A stretch of DNA of 64,000 nucleotides, taken from NCBI RefSeq assembly GCF_963921235.1, contig NC_086108.1, positions 51,956,001 through 52,020,000 on the forward strand. Reading direction: 5' to 3'. The notes under the pieces were generated by a model that saw only the letters and a program-made list of their open reading frames with translations, was not told where the DNA came from and ran no database searches. Source of the DNA: Mobula hypostoma. Lineage: Eukaryota. Position numbers and translations under genes: made by a program. Positions 62,334 to 64,000 of this stretch are shown here, piece after piece. The first letter of the stretch is position 1. Each line of letters opens with the position of its first letter.

Positions 62334-63395
62334 TGTTGGTATTTAATATTTCAGTAATATTTGAATATTGTAAATGTATTGTTTGATTAAGTATTCTTTG
62401 TTGTTTACATTATTCATTTTTGGCTTTATGTAAAAATACGTAAATATATCCTGCTATATGCCAATGGACGTACACAAGCTATCTTCTGGCTGTGTGCTTT
62501 TGCTTTCAATTAGTTTCGTGTTTTGGAATTACAAAACATAACAGTGGTGAAGAGGAAGTTTTAAACAAACCCGAGATGACTACCCACCTGTTGAAGCACA
62601 GCCTAGATGTTCGAGTTTTTAAAAAAAGTGCAGCAAGAAATGGTTGAGTAAAAACAAAAGAGCATAGCACATTTTCTTCATAAGGGAAGACACCATCAAG
62701 GTTTTAAAAAGGGAGAAAATGGAAGAATTCGCGGGTTAATAAACTGTGAGTACCAGGTGATAAAAAATAAATAAAAGAGCAGAAATGGCTAGCTACATCG
62801 GAAAGATAGATATGTCAGATTGCACAAAAGATAAATGGAATATGTATACTGAGCTAATTGAGCAGTATTTTGAAGCAAATGGAATAGCCAATGAGAAATA
62901 AGTACCAGTTTTGTTGAGTCCGTTGGATTTAAAGACATACACAGTAGTTTGACTGCTCCAACCAAACCAGTTGAAATGAACTTTGTTGACATTGAGAAAG
63001 TAATGCAAGAACATTTGTTGATAGCAGAACACTTTAGGTTTCATAAGCAGAATCAAAAGGCTGAATTGAAGAGATTGAGCATTGTCAGTTCTGTGATGGG
63101 CTTAATGATGCACTTGAGAGATCACTTAGTTTGTGGAATCTTACAAGGAAGTATTTAAAAACAGCTCTTAGCTGTACTATTGAGTAATATTGTAAATATA
63201 TTTGATTAAGTATTCTTTATTTATATAATGTATTGCAGGTTATATGTAAAAGTACATAAATGGCATACATCATTACGCCACCACATGATAAGCACACGTC
63301 TTGCTTAAAGTAAAAACAAATGTACACACGTTATCTCCTGGTTCTGTGTTTTTGCTTTCAATTAGTTTCATGTTCTGGAGTTACAAAACATAATG
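62334..63395 (+). mobile_element. Internally deleted Gypsy (Mag-like) LTR element
   Basis: 5' LTR 62334-62543 (TGTT..AACA), PBS-like TGGTGAAGAG, gag relic, and a second LTR about 63177-63395. Confidence 0.85.
62785..63170 (+). pseudogene. gag: Mag-type gag N-terminal relic
   Basis: MASYIGKID..WNMYTELIEQYFEANGI..LTAPTKP..IAEHFRFHKQNQ..ALRDHLVCGI. Confidence 0.85.
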
Positions 63396-63399
63396 TCAC

Positions 63400-63612
63400 C
63401 CTCCAAAAAAAACTTTTAAGCAGATCTAACAGTTTAAAGGGCCGGTCACTCATATCTATTTGGATACAATAGGCTCTTTGATAGGTACATGGAGCTTAGG
63501 AAAAATAGAGGGCTATGCTCTAGGGAAATTCCAGGCCGTCTCTAGAGTGGGTTACATGGTCAGCACAACATTGTGGGCCAAAGAGAATGTGCTGTAAATT
63601 TCTATGTTCTAT
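63400..63612 (+). mobile_element. CR1 3' tail fragment
   Basis: GGTCAGCACAACATTGTGGGCCAAAG..TGTGCTGTA..TCTATGTTCTAT. Confidence 0.7.
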
Positions 63613-64000
63613 CTCAAATTTGTTTTCATATCATTTCAAAAAATTAACCACAGCAGCTAGTTTATTGTATAAATGGTTGCACCACACTTTATGCAGATAT
63701 GTGTTGTGTGGAAATGAAGCCCAGCTTTTGCCTTCTAGTAAATTTTTTTTTACTGGGTGTATGCCACAGCAAATGGGCCCATGAACTTATTGTACAATTT
63801 TATCTAGATTTGTAGACAAATTACACGGCTATATAGCTAGCACTGTAGGACAATGCCAAAGTCTGTTCTAACAGCCCTGCAACCCTTTTGCCTCTTTCAT
63901 TTGTTGACCCCAGCTGCAACAGCAATTTGAACAATTTCTCTCAAAATAATTGGTGTTCTACTTACATTGAGATTAAATTAGTGAATATTGTAGTTTTTAT

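Overview
Eukaryotic, AT-rich, repeat-dense vertebrate DNA. The repeat repertoire (CR1 LINEs, V-SINE/HE1-like SINEs, Rex1-like LINE tails, Penelope-like element tails) suggests a cartilaginous fish, probably a ray or skate (inference). I found no convincing host protein-coding exon; most ORFs in the track are transposon relics or chance. Contents: a decayed retroviral pol (1-1125), many CR1 fragments including a young 5'-truncated copy (56560-60449), a full-length Tc1 relic, Tigger and hAT relics, a solo LTR, a deleted Mag-type Gypsy, and a PNMA-gag Gypsy element (29589-33494). Three observations stand out. (1) The Gypsy element has lost most of pol and carries in its place intronless pieces of a sarcomeric myosin heavy-chain rod. 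(2) The same element is flanked by a ~570-bp direct duplication instead of a 4-6 bp target-site duplication (TSD), and one LTR end is clipped. (3) A family of short Penelope-derived insertions carries a minimal type-I hammerhead ribozyme motif, including a near-perfect palindromic copy with one ribozyme on each strand (35671-36020). All family assignments come from motif recognition by eye, not database searches.
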